Below are positions 11,012-22,160 of a DNA stretch of 64,000 bases, in pieces. This DNA is from an uncultured Gemmatimonadaceae bacterium (GTDB lineage Bacteria > Gemmatimonadota > Gemmatimonadetes > Gemmatimonadales > Gemmatimonadaceae), in the NCBI GenBank assembly GCA_963829055.1, contig CAWHHI010000017.1, positions 1 to 64,000 on the forward strand, given 5' to 3'. The translations under genes were made by a program, and so were the position numbers. Within the stretch, counting starts at the first letter, position 1. Every line of letters begins with the position of its first letter. A model generated the notes under the pieces. It searched no databases. It was not told where the DNA came from and saw only the letters and a program-made list of their open reading frames with translations.

Positions 11012-11761
11012 GTGGCCGCGAGCGAGACAAAGATGGGAAGAGCGGATCGTTCTGGCGACCGACCGAGAAGCGTCGCCAGTCGACCCGAGCCCAAGCTTAC
11101 GATCCCCGCCTCGGCACTTCGGTGCCGTCGCAAGTTCCTCCGTTTCTTCCCGGGCGGCTTCGCCGACGAGACGTACATCGACTGGGAGCGCGGCTACAAG
11201 TGGGAGGCGCACGAGCGCTGGATGGACGTGCTCGCGCCCGTCGCCTTTCGTGATGCTGCTGCGGCAACGACGGTTCGCGGACATCGCGTCCCACGCCGTG
11301 TCGATCGAGTCGCGGACGAACCTGCTGTTCTCGTTCGAGAAGATGGCGTTGCGGGACGCTGTGAAGCTGCCGGCCGGCGCAGAAGCGTTCGCCGACCGGG
11401 CTCTACGAGTTTCTCCATGGTCGAGCGGGTGACGAGCGACGCTTCGAGCAGTGGTGCGAGATGGTGCGGATCGCTGCCGCGTCGACAGACGCGCGTGCTC
11501 ACGTGGCCGATCGTGACGGTGTTCGGCTTCATCGCCCAACCGGACCGCCACATGTTCCTCAAGCCTAACGTGACGCGCGTCGCCGCCGGCGAGTACGACG
11601 TCGAGTTCACGTATGCTTCGCGGCCGAACTGGACGACGTACGCGAGCCTGCTCGACTTCGCGATGCGCGTCCGCGCCGACCAGCGCGACCTCGGACCGCG
11701 GGACATGATCGACGCACAGTCGTTCATCTGGGTGCAGGGCTCGGACGAGTACGAGGAGTAA
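11012..11761 (+). CDS. Hypothetical protein (frameshifted)
   Basis: Protein-like segments RKFLRFFPGGFADETYIDWERGYKW, SRTNLLFSFEKMALRDAV, DMIDAQSFIWVQGSDEY. Confidence 0.7.
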   Translation: MAASETKMGRADRSGDRPRSVASRPEPKLTIPASALRCRRKFLRFFPGGFADETYIDWERGYKWEAHERWMDVLAPVAFRDAAAATTVRGHRVPRRVDRVADEPAVLVREDGVAGRCEAAGRRRSVRRPGSTSFSMVERVTSDASSSGARWCGSLPRRQTRVLTWPIVTVFGFIAQPDRHMFLKPNVTRVAAGEYDVEFTYASRPNWTTYASLLDFAMRVRADQRDLGPRDMIDAQSFIWVQGSDEYEE

Positions 11762-11870
11762 GCCCGGGGCATCGCAGCAGCATCGCACTGGAGTGTGGGC
11801 GCCAGTCGGGACTATCGTTCTGGCAACAGCGAGAGATCCGACCGGCTGACCTCACTCCAGATCACGTACG

Positions 11871-12723
11871 ATGCCCATCGAACACGTCTCCGATACCGCC
11901 CGCTGGGTAGCGTTCTACCGCGCGATGGAGACGGAACGCCGCGGACGCACTGTTCCGCGATCCGTACGCACGAGCGCTCGCGGGCCCCGAGGGCGAGCGC
12001 ATCGTCAAGGAGATGCCGCGCGGGCGGGCCACCTCGTGGGCGATGATCACGCGAACCGTCGTGTTCGACGAGATCATCCTCGATGTCGTGCGGCGTCACG
12101 ACATCGACATGGTGTTGAACCTCGCGGCGGGACTCGATGCGCGTCCGTGGCGACTCAAGTTGCCGGCGTCGTTGCGGTGGGTGGACGTCGACCTGCCGGC
12201 GATGCTCGAGTACAAGGCGAGCCACATGCGCAACGTGCCGCCGGTGTGCCAGTACGCGGCCGTGCCGGCAAATCTGGTGGACGCCGGTGAGCGCGCTGCG
12301 GTGTTCGGTCGACTGGGCTCGGAGGCGACGGAAGCCCTGGTGGTGACGGAGGGGTTGCTCATCTACCTGACGGATGAGCAGGTCGCGGCGCTCGCGACGG
12401 AGTTGCACACGCAGCAGAGCTTTCGCTGGTGGCTGCTGGACCTGGCGAGCCCCGACCTGCTCAAGCTGCTCGCCCGGAGCTGGGGGAAGACGCTCGAGAA
12501 GGGCAACGCGCCGTTCAGGTTCGCGCCGCCTAACGGGACGGACTTCTTCCGCGATCTCGGGTGGCGCGAGGTGTCATATCGCTCCGCGATGGAGGAGGCG
12601 CAGCGAATCGACCGCGAGATGCCGATGATGTGGCTGTGGCGGTTGCTGGGCCGGATCTCGTCGCCGGAGCGCCGGGAGGGCGCGCGCCGGATGTCGGGCT
12701 TCGTGCTGCTCGAGCGCGTGTAG
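11871..12723 (+). CDS. Class I SAM-dependent methyltransferase (LCM/TcmP-like); one frameshift
   Basis: VSDTARWVA.YRAMET, VLNLAAGLDARPWRL, WVDVDLP, TEGLLIYL. Confidence 0.88.
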
Positions 12724-12756
12724 GCGATTCGCTAAGCTGCGACAGCAGAATCTGCA

Positions 12757-13083
12757 AACTGCTATTGACCGCACGAAGGACGCGAGGACTGCCTTCGGCA
12801 ACCATCTCAGACGACAACGCGAACGGATTCGTCTGATCTGGCGGATTGACTCCTCGCACGCGAAGAACGCTACCGCAACGAGCCGAAGCGAAAGAGGAAC
12901 GACCTTGGGGCACCAGTGCGTCCCGAGGCCGTCCCAAAAAATCCCGGCCGCTTGCGTGACCATCTGTCCGCGGTCGCGATCGGATCAGGCCCTTTCAGTC
13001 GTTTCCGGCCTTTTCTCTAAAACACCTTCGTTCTGGATGGCTGCCGAAGCCGTCCTCGGCGTCCTCTGCGGTAAATAGCAGTT
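12757..13083. mobile_element. MITE-like element with ~55-bp imperfect terminal inverted repeats; core related to family C
   Basis: AACTGCTATTGACCGCA..GGACG..GAGGAC..CTTCGGCA.CCATC mirrored at the right end; core GTCCCGAGGCCGTCCCAAAAAATCCCGGC. Confidence 0.65.
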
Positions 13084-13105
13084 GCTGTTGGACGCGGCGA
13101 CCACG

Positions 13106-14901
13106 TCAGGTCCCGCGGCGAACGAGGCGCAAACTCGCCGGGTCGTACCGCCACTCGACGTCACCGCCTAACGGGGCCGTGAGGTGAACGCCGCCCAGCC
13201 AGCGATCGTACCCGTTGAGGCGCACCGCGTCCGCCGCGCCGGCGAGAACCGCGCGGCCCGTATCGGTGATCGAGACCGTACCGACGGGAAGGCCCGGGTC
13301 GCCCCGCTCCTCCACGTTCAGCGACACGAGCGGATGCGCACCGGACGCCAGCCCGCGAACGCGGCACCAGACCGTCGAGTCGCCCATGAACACACGCTCC
13401 TCGCACCGTTGCTCGGCCAGGAACAGATCCGCCGGAGACAGCGGCTCTTCGCCAGAATCTCCAGGAGGTGGCGCTCGGTGCGCGGCAGCCCCGTCGCGAC
13501 CGACGGGATACTCCTCGAGGAATCGCCGCAAGCGCACCCTGAAGGAACGGGAGCGCCTCGCGTATCGCCCGCGTGCACGACGGCGTCGAGCGCGAGCGGA
13601 TCCGGGCCGTGAACGCGCGCCACACCCGCACACCTAACGCGATCTGATCGGGAGACACCGTCTCGCGCGTACCGAGCAGCGACGCGAGCTGGTTCGGCGT
13701 TCGAGCTGGCCGAGTCCGTGGAAAGGCTCGAATCCCGGGAACTCGCCGACGCAGATGAGACTGAGCGCGGTGCGCCCGAGGTCACGTCGAGAGAACCAGT
13801 CCAGATGCCTCACGAGCAGCAGCTGATCGAACAGATCGTGCTCGAACCAGAGCACGACCTCGTCGTAGTCGGCGAACGCCGCGAGCTTCGCATCCCATTC
13901 TCCGGAGATCCGCAGCGCCTCGGCGTACGACACATAGCCGCTCGCGGCTACGTACCGCGCGCGAACCTCGCGCGTTGCCGCGCGTTCCCGTCGCGGCGGG
14001 CACCGGCCCTTCGTGCAGGACATCCGCGTAGACGGGCGAACGCGCCGGGCACGTACGATTGCTCGAGCGTTCCCGTCACGCTGTCGCCGTTCAGCACGTG
14101 CAGCAATCGCGGTGTCTCTTGCGCTCGGCGTCGAGGACGTCCATCGGCGTCCCCTGACGATGCTGAAGTGTCGACCATGTCTTGCACCTCGGGTGTGTTG
14201 GCGAGCAGGCGCGCGAGCTTCTTGCGAGCGCGCGCGACGAGCGAGCGCACAGTGGCTTCGGGGACACCAAGCGTGCGGGCGACCTTCGCCTGGCTCAGAC
14301 CGTCGATGTGATAGAACGTGAGCGGAACCCGGTAGCGCGCCGGCATGCGTTCGAGCGCCGCGCGAACGTGAGCCGCCACCTCGTTCTGCTCGATTCGCTG
14401 CAGCGGCGACAGCGCACCGTCCACCGCTTCCATTTCTTCCCCGCCCTCACTTTCCAGACCGGACCCGCCGACCGATGCGACCGGCCGACCACGAGCGCGG
14501 TCCGTACGAACGTGGTCGATGGCCACGCCGAACGTGATGCGCCGGAGCCACACACCGAACTTGGCCGGGTCGGCCAGGAGGTCGAGATTGCGGAACGCTC
14601 GCAGGAACGCGTCCTGGGCGACATCGTCGACGTCGTCCGGCCGAACGAGCGACAGGGCGAGCGCGTACACCATCCGCTGGTATCGTCGCATCAGCTCTGC
14701 GAACGGCTCCCCGGATGACAGCTCCGATGTTCGCGCGGCGACGACCAGATCGGCGTCAGTTGGTCGTCCGATGGATTGGCCGGCGTCGGTCTGTGGCTTT
14801 GGATTCAAGTGGCTGGGGCTCGGAGACCGGGATCCTTGATATGGAGCGTCGTGCGATATGGAGCGTTGTGCCTCGCGCCCCGTTGTGGACGGCCCTCTCA
14901 T
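13106..14901 (-). CDS. ECF sigma factor fused to a DUF1835 domain (frameshifted; start uncertain)
   Basis: Sigma region 2 (DDVAQDAFLRAF..FGVWLRRI) and region 4, then LHVLNGDS, VVLWFEHDLFDQL, DRWLGGVHL. Confidence 0.8.
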
Positions 14902-14952
14902 CTACAGTCGTGACACGCGTGAAAAACGTTGCAGAGGTGAAAGGGGGTAGCC

Positions 14953-15504
14953 ATGGCCATTCGCATTCCGCGTCCGCACCCCGATGAATATCATCCGCGA
15001 TTCCATGCGGAGATCAGCGGCGTTCCCGACGCGAATGACTTCGGCGAGCTGTTGCGGCAGCAGGCACGTGACACCGCCCGCTTCGTCACGCAGCAGTTCG
15101 GTGAGGAAGGCGCGAGCGTCCGGTATGGGCCGGACAAGTGGACCGCGCGCGAGGTCATCGGCCATCTGAGCGACGTCGAGCGGATCCTGAGCTACCGAGC
15201 GCTGCGCGTCGCGCGCGGCGATGCGACCGTGCTGCCTGGGTTTGATGAAAACGCATACGTCCCCGCGGCGGAATTCGAGCGACGCACCCTGCAGTCGGTG
15301 CTGGACGAGTTCCTCGGTGCTCGCTCGGCGACGATCGGCTTCGTCGAAGGGCTCACGGACGGTTTCGCCGCCCGACAGGGCAACATAGGAAGCGGAACGA
15401 TGACCGTCCGGGCGTTGCTGTATCTCATCGCCGGTCACGAGATTCACCACCGTACGCTGCTGCGCGATCGCTACCTCCCGCTGGTCGCGGGCGGCACACG
15501 TTGA
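14953..15504 (+). CDS. DinB family protein
   Basis: YGPDKWTAREVIGHLSDVERI, LPGFDENAY, IAGHEIHH. Confidence 0.9.
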   Translation: MAIRIPRPHPDEYHPRFHAEISGVPDANDFGELLRQQARDTARFVTQQFGEEGASVRYGPDKWTAREVIGHLSDVERILSYRALRVARGDATVLPGFDENAYVPAAEFERRTLQSVLDEFLGARSATIGFVEGLTDGFAARQGNIGSGTMTVRALLYLIAGHEIHHRTLLRDRYLPLVAGGTR

Positions 15505-15540
15505 GCACATTTCGTTAGGCATTTCGAGGAGACTGAACTC

Positions 15541-17671
15541 ATGGAGCACCGGATCGCCGCTGTCGTGACCGCCCGCGCCGCGCTTGGCCTTTCGCTCGTA
15601 CTCACGGCACTGCCGTCCGCGGTCGTCGCGCAGGACCGGCTCAAGACGATGCCGGGGTACGATCAGTACTCGCGCGTCGCGCCGCAGATTCCGGCGTCCG
15701 TAAAGCCGGGCGCGCTGCAAACGTTCTGGGTCGACAGCGGCAAGGCGTTCGAGTACCAGCAGGGCGGCAAGTGGTATCACTACGACGTCGCGTCGCGAAA
15801 GGCGGCCGAGGTCGCGACGCCGACAGTGCCGGACTCGCTGCGTCGCGGTCGGTTCGGCGGACGAGGCGGGCCGGAGCGAGGGCGGCAGTCCGCGTCCGCG
15901 GATTCGCCCGACGGCAAGCACAAGGCGTACTACCGCGACCGCAACCTGTGGGTGAGCAACGCCGACGGCAGCGAGGCGTCGGCTGTCACGACCGACGGCA
16001 GCGAGAAGGATCGCATCAAGTACGGCACCGCGAGCTGGGTGTACGGCGAGGAGCTTCGGCAGACGACGGCCATGTGGTGGTCGCCGGATGGGACGAAGCT
16101 CGCCTACTATCGGTTCGACGAGAGCAAGGTGCCCGACTACTTCCTGCAGATGGATCAGACGAAGATCCAGGACGCAGTCGACACCGAGGCGTACCCGAAG
16201 GCCGGCGCGCCGAACCCGATCGTCGACCTGTTCGTGTACGACGTCGCGAGCGAAGCAGTCGGTGAAGATCGACGTGCGTGACGGCAAGCCGTTCGACAAC
16301 TCGGTCGTCGGGCCATTACGTGTACGCGGTCGGCTGGTCGCCTGACGGACGTGAAGTCACGTTCAATCGCACGAACCGCCGGCAGAACGTCATGGAGTTC
16401 ACTGCGTGCGCGCCGGCGACTGGTGCGTGCCGAGTGGTGGTGCACGAGGAGTGGACGCCGAGCTGGGTGAGCAATCGTCCGGCGATGCAGTTCCTCGCCG
16501 ATAACAAGCGCTTTCTGTGGGAGTCGGAGCGGACGGGGTGGCGGAATTACTACCTGTACGACATGAGCGGGAAGCTGCTGTCGACGGTCACGAATCACCC
16601 GTACGAGGTCGCGGGCATCGTCAGGGTCGACGAGAAGGCGAACGCGCTCTACTACATGGCGCGCGACGGCGACAACCACATGAAGCTGCAGCTGCACCGG
16701 GTCGGTCTGGACGGCAAGGGCGATCAAGCGACTGACCGATCCGACGCTCAACCACGCGGTGACGTTCTCGCCTAACGGGAAGTACTTCGTGGACGTCGTG
16801 CAGACGCACGACAAGCCACCCGCGACCGTGCTCGCGACGTGCGGATGGCAAGCAGATCGCGGAGCTCGCGACCACGGACATGTCGAAGTTCCAGCAGATG
16901 GGACTTCGTCCGGTCGAGCTCTACACGTTCACCGCGGCCGACGGGAAGACGCAGCTGCACGGGATGCTGCAGAAGCCGTCGAACTTCGATTCGACGAAGA
17001 AGTATCCGGTGCTCGTGACGGTGTACGCCGGGCCGGCGACGAATGGCGCGCGCGAGACGTTCACGACGCCGTCGCCGCTGACGGAGTACGGCTTCATCGT
17101 GTTGTCGATCGACTCCCGAAGCGCGGCCGGTCGCGGCAAGAAATTCCTCGACGCGATCTACCAGAAGCTCGGCACGGTGGAGATCGATGATCAGGCCGAG
17201 GGCGTGAAGGCCCTGTGGGATCGTCCGTACATCGATCGCAATCGCGTGGGGATTTTCGGGACGTCGTACGGCGGGTACGCGTCGGGACTCGCGCTGCTCC
17301 GGCATCCGGATGTGTTCGCGGCGGCGTCGTCATCGTCACCGGTGACGGATTGGCGGCACTACGACTCGATCTACACGGAGCGCTACATGTGGCTGCCTGA
17401 CGAGAACAAGTCGGGGTACGATGCGGGCTCGCTCATGACGTACGCCGACAAGCTCAAAGGTCGCCTGATGCTGTACTACGGAACCGCCGACAATAACGTG
17501 CATCCGTCGAACATGATGCAGTTGATCACGTCGTTGCAGAAATCGGGGAAGAGCTTCGATGTGCAGGTGGGTCCGGATCGCGGACACTCCGGGATCAACG
17601 TGGAGCGGATGATGGAGTTCTTCATCGAGAACCTGGTGATGAGAAATCCTGGAACCGCGACGGCCTTCTAG
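15541..17671 (+). CDS. S9B dipeptidyl-peptidase IV-like secreted peptidase (frameshifted)
   Basis: WVYGEEL, YPKAG..NP, GTSYGG nucleophile motif, DNNVH, GH. Confidence 0.92.
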
Positions 17672-17691
17672 GTTTGGGATTTTCGCGAATG

Positions 17692-18070
17692 GTTCATCGC
17701 GCCGGATACGGCTGTGCATTGAGGCATCGTCGCACCGGGCCGGTGGGAACGACGATTTTGCGGATGACACGGAAAACGGCCGGATACGGCTTTGCATTGA
17801 CGCTGGCTCTCGCCGGACCATGATCGAAATGGGAACGGCCGCTCGGGAGACTCCTGCGTCCCGAGCGGCCGTCCCCAAAGTTCCCGGCGCGTGGCGCGAG
17901 GAGATCGGCTCGCCGTTAGGTACTATCCGGCTTCTTCCGCGTCATCCGCCCGATCGTAGTTCCCACCGGCCGCAGCGCGACGATGCCTCTGCATGCAAAG
18001 CCGTATCCGGTAGTTTCGCAGTACAGATCCGCCCAATCGCAGTTCCCACCGGCCCCGGCGCGATGAAGCC
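17692..18070 (-). repeat. Family C ~280-380-bp palindromic element, copy 1 (inverted relative to copies 2 and 3)
   Basis: Reverse complement aligns with 21744-22085; central GGGAACGGCCGCTCGGGA..TCCCGAGCGGCCGT hairpin. Confidence 0.85.
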
Positions 18071-18075
18071 CGCCC

Positions 18076-18633
18076 CTACCGCGGCGTGAAGGGGCCCGCC
18101 TCCTCCCCGTCGGCTGACGTTAGGTACAGGCCTGCCGCATCACCGCCCCCCTGCTCTACCCGCCAGCTGTAGCTCGACGGATCGAGCTTCAGTTGTTCGT
18201 CCGTACTGCGACCGCACGTCTTCGTGACCTGGTTGCGCGCCGACGTCGGCGTCAGCGTTAGGCGCTGGCCGTTGACCACGAGCGTGCCGGTCGCGTAGAG
18301 GTACGTCTTGATGATGCAGCCGTAGAGGTTCGCCTCCAGCAGCTGCGAGTAGACGAACGTGCCGTTCGCCGCGAGTGCGTACGATTCGCTGCCGCCGTAC
18401 GCGCTCGTGCACCCGCCGCCGTTCGGATCGCAGTATTGCGAGCCGCTCGCCGCTGCCTGTCCCCAGGTGCCGACCAGCACCGTTGGGATCCGCGTGTCGC
18501 CTGACGGCGCGGTGGTCCCGCTGTCCCGCGCGCCGCAGGCGGTCTGTACGACAATGCCAAGGAGAACCGCGATGCCGCCGAGGCGGCGCGCGCCGGTCAT
18601 GAACCGAATGGATGCTCGAGTGTATGTGCGCAT
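18076..18633 (-). CDS. Putative lipoprotein (lipocalin-like beta protein)
   Basis: Lipobox-like VQTAC, LVGTW motif, paired cysteines. Confidence 0.65.
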   Translation of the reverse strand: MRTYTRASIRFMTGARRLGGIAVLLGIVVQTACGARDSGTTAPSGDTRIPTVLVGTWGQAAASGSQYCDPNGGGCTSAYGGSESYALAANGTFVYSQLLEANLYGCIIKTYLYATGTLVVNGQRLTLTPTSARNQVTKTCGRSTDEQLKLDPSSYSWRVEQGGGDAAGLYLTSADGEEAGPFTPR

Positions 18634-18659
18634 GTGAGTATCGTTAGGTGGAAGTGTGG

Positions 18660-19226
18660 TCAGGCTGGGTCGCGAACGATCACGCCACAGGCGACGCGAG
18701 CGCCGCTATTGCCGCTCGGATCCGTCAGTTGATCGTCCGAACCGGCGTGCACCACGAGCGCGCTCCCGTCAGCGTCGAGCAACGAGGCCGCGCCGGGGCT
18801 CAGCGTGACGCGAGACGTCACACCCTGATATCGCCCGACACCGTTCGACAGCACGTCGAGGTTCGGCAGATCGCCGGCATGCGGGCCCGTCGCGTTCGAC
18901 AGGCCGTGGTGTGCCGCGGCGGGGTTGAAGTGTCCGCCCGCATCGGCGAACGCGGCGCCGGAGCATGCGCCGACCGAATGGATGTGGATGCCGTGCTGGC
19001 CAGGCGTGGTGCTCACCACCGTGACGTCAATGTGGACCGCGCCCGTGCGGTCCTCCCGAAGCTCGGCGGTGCCAACGCGGGCTCCTGTGGGGTCAGTGAG
19101 CTGGGCGTGCGCTACGACGACGCTCGATGATCCGGCGGTCGGGGCGTTCGACCCCGCACTGCAGGCGAAGCCAATGGTGGCCACGAGGGCTACCAGGGCG
19201 ATGGGGCGGGCAATGAACGTGAACAT
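18660..19226 (-). CDS. sodC: Cu/Zn superoxide dismutase, lipoprotein
   Basis: HGIHIH, GGHFNP, PHAGDLPN, VVHA, PSGNSGARVACG; GGAG RBS; FAC lipobox. Confidence 0.95.
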   Translation of the reverse strand: MFTFIARPIALVALVATIGFACSAGSNAPTAGSSSVVVAHAQLTDPTGARVGTAELREDRTGAVHIDVTVVSTTPGQHGIHIHSVGACSGAAFADAGGHFNPAAAHHGLSNATGPHAGDLPNLDVLSNGVGRYQGVTSRVTLSPGAASLLDADGSALVVHAGSDDQLTDPSGNSGARVACGVIVRDPA

Positions 19227-19394
19227 CTGGAATCTCCGTTGAGTGAGGCAGTGTGGCAGCGCCGGCGGTTGGCCATTTCCACCCGTGGGCGCCATGTTCT
19301 CTGTTCGCGCCACGCTAGCCGCCGATCCGGAATTCCCTCTTACTCGGCGCTCAATTCCGCCTTACTTCGCGGCCGAATCGCACATGCTGCGCAC

Positions 19395-21716
19395 ATGTTG
19401 AGGCTTCGAGCGTTCGGAGGGCTGTCCCTGGAGCGCGACGGAGTGCCGGTCGACGCCGCGACGGGGCGCCGGCGCGCGCTCGCCGTGCTGGCGCAACTCG
19501 TCGTCGCGGGTCCGCGGGGGTTGAGCCGGGCGAAGCTGGTGCACCGCCTCTGGGCGGAGAGCGATGAGGAGAAGGCGCGCAACGTCCTCGCCCAGACGCT
19601 GCACAAGCTGAAGCGCGACGTTGCCGGCGAGGAGATCGTTGTCGGCGCCGCCGAACTGCGTCTGGACGATGCGCTCATCTCGAGCGACGTCGGAGACTTC
19701 GAGCGACACATCGCCAGTGGCGCGCTCGAGGACGCGGCCGCGCTCTATGTCGGTCCGTTCCTCGACGGCTTCTATATCAAGGGTGCCGACGAGTTCGAGC
19801 GGTGGACGGAGGATGAGCGGACGCGGCTCGCGCGCATGGCGGGCGAAACGTTCGAGGCGCTCGCCCGGAGCGCTGATCAGGCGGGCGACCCGTCTGCCGC
19901 GGTCGTCTGGTGGCGGCGCGTCGCCGCGGTGGATCCCTCGAGCACCCGGGCGACGCTCGGGCTCATGAGCGCGCTCGCGGCGACGGGCGATACCGCCGCA
20001 TCGATCAGGGCCGGCGAGGTCCATCAGGCGCTGCTCGAGAGCGAGCTCGGTGCACCGCGCGACGCGGCCGTCGATCAACTGGTGAGGGCGATCCAGCGTG
20101 GCGAGCTGTCGCCGCCAGTACGCAACGTCGCGCCACGAGCTGAGCCGGCTTCCGTGCCGGTCCGTCCGTTCGTCGAGCGAACCGAGGCGGTCGAGGTGAC
20201 TGGTACCCCAGGCGACGCAACGCGCTCTCCGCGTCCCCGTCGCCGGTGGTACGGGGCAGCCGTCGCTGCCGCTGCCGTCCTCCTGTTCTCGTATGTCACG
20301 ACACGTCGCATGCACGCGGTTCCCCCGGCGGAACCGCCGACGACGCCCTCCGTCGCCGTCGGCTCGATTGCCGTGCTGCCGTTCGTGAACCTGAGCCAGG
20401 CGCCGGCCGACGAGTATCTGCTGGACGGCGTGGTCGACGAGCTCACGACGGCCCTGTCGCGCGTCCCCGGCCTGCGGGTCGCCGCGCACACCTCGGCGCT
20501 GGCGTTCAAGGGAGCCGGCGACGACGCGCCGCACATGGCGTCGGCGTTAGGCGTGCAGACGCTGCTGGAAGGCAGCGTGCACCGCACCGGCCAGCGCGCG
20601 CGGATCGCCGTGCGTCTCGTGAGCGGCACCGACGGCTTTCCACTCATGTCCGCGGCATTCGACTGGGACGTGAACGACCCGCTCGCGCTCGAGCGACAGG
20701 TCGCCGCCGCGATCGCTGACTCGCTTCGCGTGACGATGCCCACGCTTGGGCGCGCGACCGGCACTCGCGGAACGGCCGACGCGTTGGCGCACGACCTCTA
20801 CCTGCGCGGCCGCTTCGAGTGGAACAAGCGCACGACGGCCGGCCTGTCGCAGGCAGTGACGTACTTCCGTCAGGCGATCGCGCGTGACGGCGAATACGCG
20901 GCGAGCTATGCAGGACTCGCGGACGCGCTCATCAGCCTGTCGATGTACGCGACGTCCCCGGACATGCTCACACAGGCCGAGGACGCGTCGGACCGTGCGA
21001 TCTCGATCGATCCGTCGTTAGGCGAGGCCCACGTGTCGCGGGCGATGATTCAGGACATCCAGGGCAAGGGCGAAGCGGCCGAGCGCGAGTACCAGCTCGC
21101 GATCGCACTCGGGCCGAGCTATGCGCCGGCGCACCACTGGCATGCGTTCGAGCTGGCGGCTCGTGGGCACCGCGCCGAGGCGATGGAGGAGATGCGCACT
21201 GCGTACGCGCTCGATCCGCTGTCGCCGTCGATCGGCAACGCGTACGGCGCGTTCCTCTACTTCGACCACGATTGGGCACACGCCATCGAGGTGCTGGAGA
21301 AGACGCTGCTGCGCGCGCCGGAGCGCTTACCGGTGGTGCTGAACCTCGCCGCGACGTTGAGCGCGTCCGGCCGTGACACGGCGGCGGTCGCGTTGCTGAG
21401 ACGGCTCTCGTCCGAGGACCTCGCGCGCCCTGACCCTCAGGCGGGGCTCGCGATTGCCGAATGGCACCTCGGAGCCCGCGACTCGGCGCAAGCGATCATC
21501 CAGAGACTCGAGCAAGGAGGAACGACGCGCGCAGACGGGATGCTCATGGCGAGCGTGTACGTGCAAACGGACCAGCGCGATTCCGCGTTCGCGGTGCTCT
21601 CGCGGGTCGACTGGCGGAGGGACGAAGTATTGGCGCTTCGGAATGAACCGATGCTCGATCCTGTCAGGGGCGATCCGCGGTTCGCGAAGCTGCTCGGTCG
21701 GGTCGCGTCGCGCTGA
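19395..21716 (+). CDS. BTAD/SARP-like transcriptional regulator with TM, TolB-like and TPR domains
   Basis: LRLRAFGGL, LYVGPFLDGF, SIAVLPFVNLS, YLRGRFEWNKRT, RGDPRF. Confidence 0.9.
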   Translation: MLRLRAFGGLSLERDGVPVDAATGRRRALAVLAQLVVAGPRGLSRAKLVHRLWAESDEEKARNVLAQTLHKLKRDVAGEEIVVGAAELRLDDALISSDVGDFERHIASGALEDAAALYVGPFLDGFYIKGADEFERWTEDERTRLARMAGETFEALARSADQAGDPSAAVVWWRRVAAVDPSSTRATLGLMSALAATGDTAASIRAGEVHQALLESELGAPRDAAVDQLVRAIQRGELSPPVRNVAPRAEPASVPVRPFVERTEAVEVTGTPGDATRSPRPRRRWYGAAVAAAAVLLFSYVTTRRMHAVPPAEPPTTPSVAVGSIAVLPFVNLSQAPADEYLLDGVVDELTTALSRVPGLRVAAHTSALAFKGAGDDAPHMASALGVQTLLEGSVHRTGQRARIAVRLVSGTDGFPLMSAAFDWDVNDPLALERQVAAAIADSLRVTMPTLGRATGTRGTADALAHDLYLRGRFEWNKRTTAGLSQAVTYFRQAIARDGEYAASYAGLADALISLSMYATSPDMLTQAEDASDRAISIDPSLGEAHVSRAMIQDIQGKGEAAEREYQLAIALGPSYAPAHHWHAFELAARGHRAEAMEEMRTAYALDPLSPSIGNAYGAFLYFDHDWAHAIEVLEKTLLRAPERLPVVLNLAATLSASGRDTAAVALLRRLSSEDLARPDPQAGLAIAEWHLGARDSAQAIIQRLEQGGTTRADGMLMASVYVQTDQRDSAFAVLSRVDWRRDEVLALRNEPMLDPVRGDPRFAKLLGRVASR

Positions 21717-21743
21717 CTGTCGATTCGGACGGATCGATCACCA

Positions 21744-22085
21744 GGCTTCGGTGCGCTGGGGCCGGTGGGAACTGCGATTGGGCGGATCTGTACTGCGAAA
21801 CTGCCGGATACGGCTTTGCACTCCCGGCATCGTTGCGTGGGGCCGGTGGGGACCGCGATTGGGCGGATGACGCGGAAGAAGCAGGATTGTTCGCGGCAGG
21901 GACGGCTCCTCGCGCAACGAGCCGGGATTTTTTGGGAACGGCCGCTCGGGACGCAATGGTGTCCCGAGCGGCCGTTCCTCTTTTCAATCAGGGTCCGGTG
22001 AGGGCCAGCGTCAATGCAAAGTTGTATCCGGCCGTTTTCCGTGTCATCCGCAAAATCGCAGTTCCCACCGGCCCTGGCGCGATGG
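21744..22085 (+). repeat. Family C element, copy 2
   Basis: Terminal IRs GGGCCGGTGGGAACTGCGATT / AATCGCAGTTCCCACCGGCCC; central hairpin. Confidence 0.85.
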
Positions 22086-22160
22086 ACCCGAGCGATTGGC
22101 CATGGCTGGGCGTACAATTGACAGTCGCTTCCAAGCCTGACTTCTCATCCGCGCCAATCA

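Noticed and set aside
14902..16299. Long antisense or alternate-frame Arg/Ala-rich ORFs here and throughout the track
   Set aside because: Shadow ORFs expected at high GC; they overlap well-supported genes.
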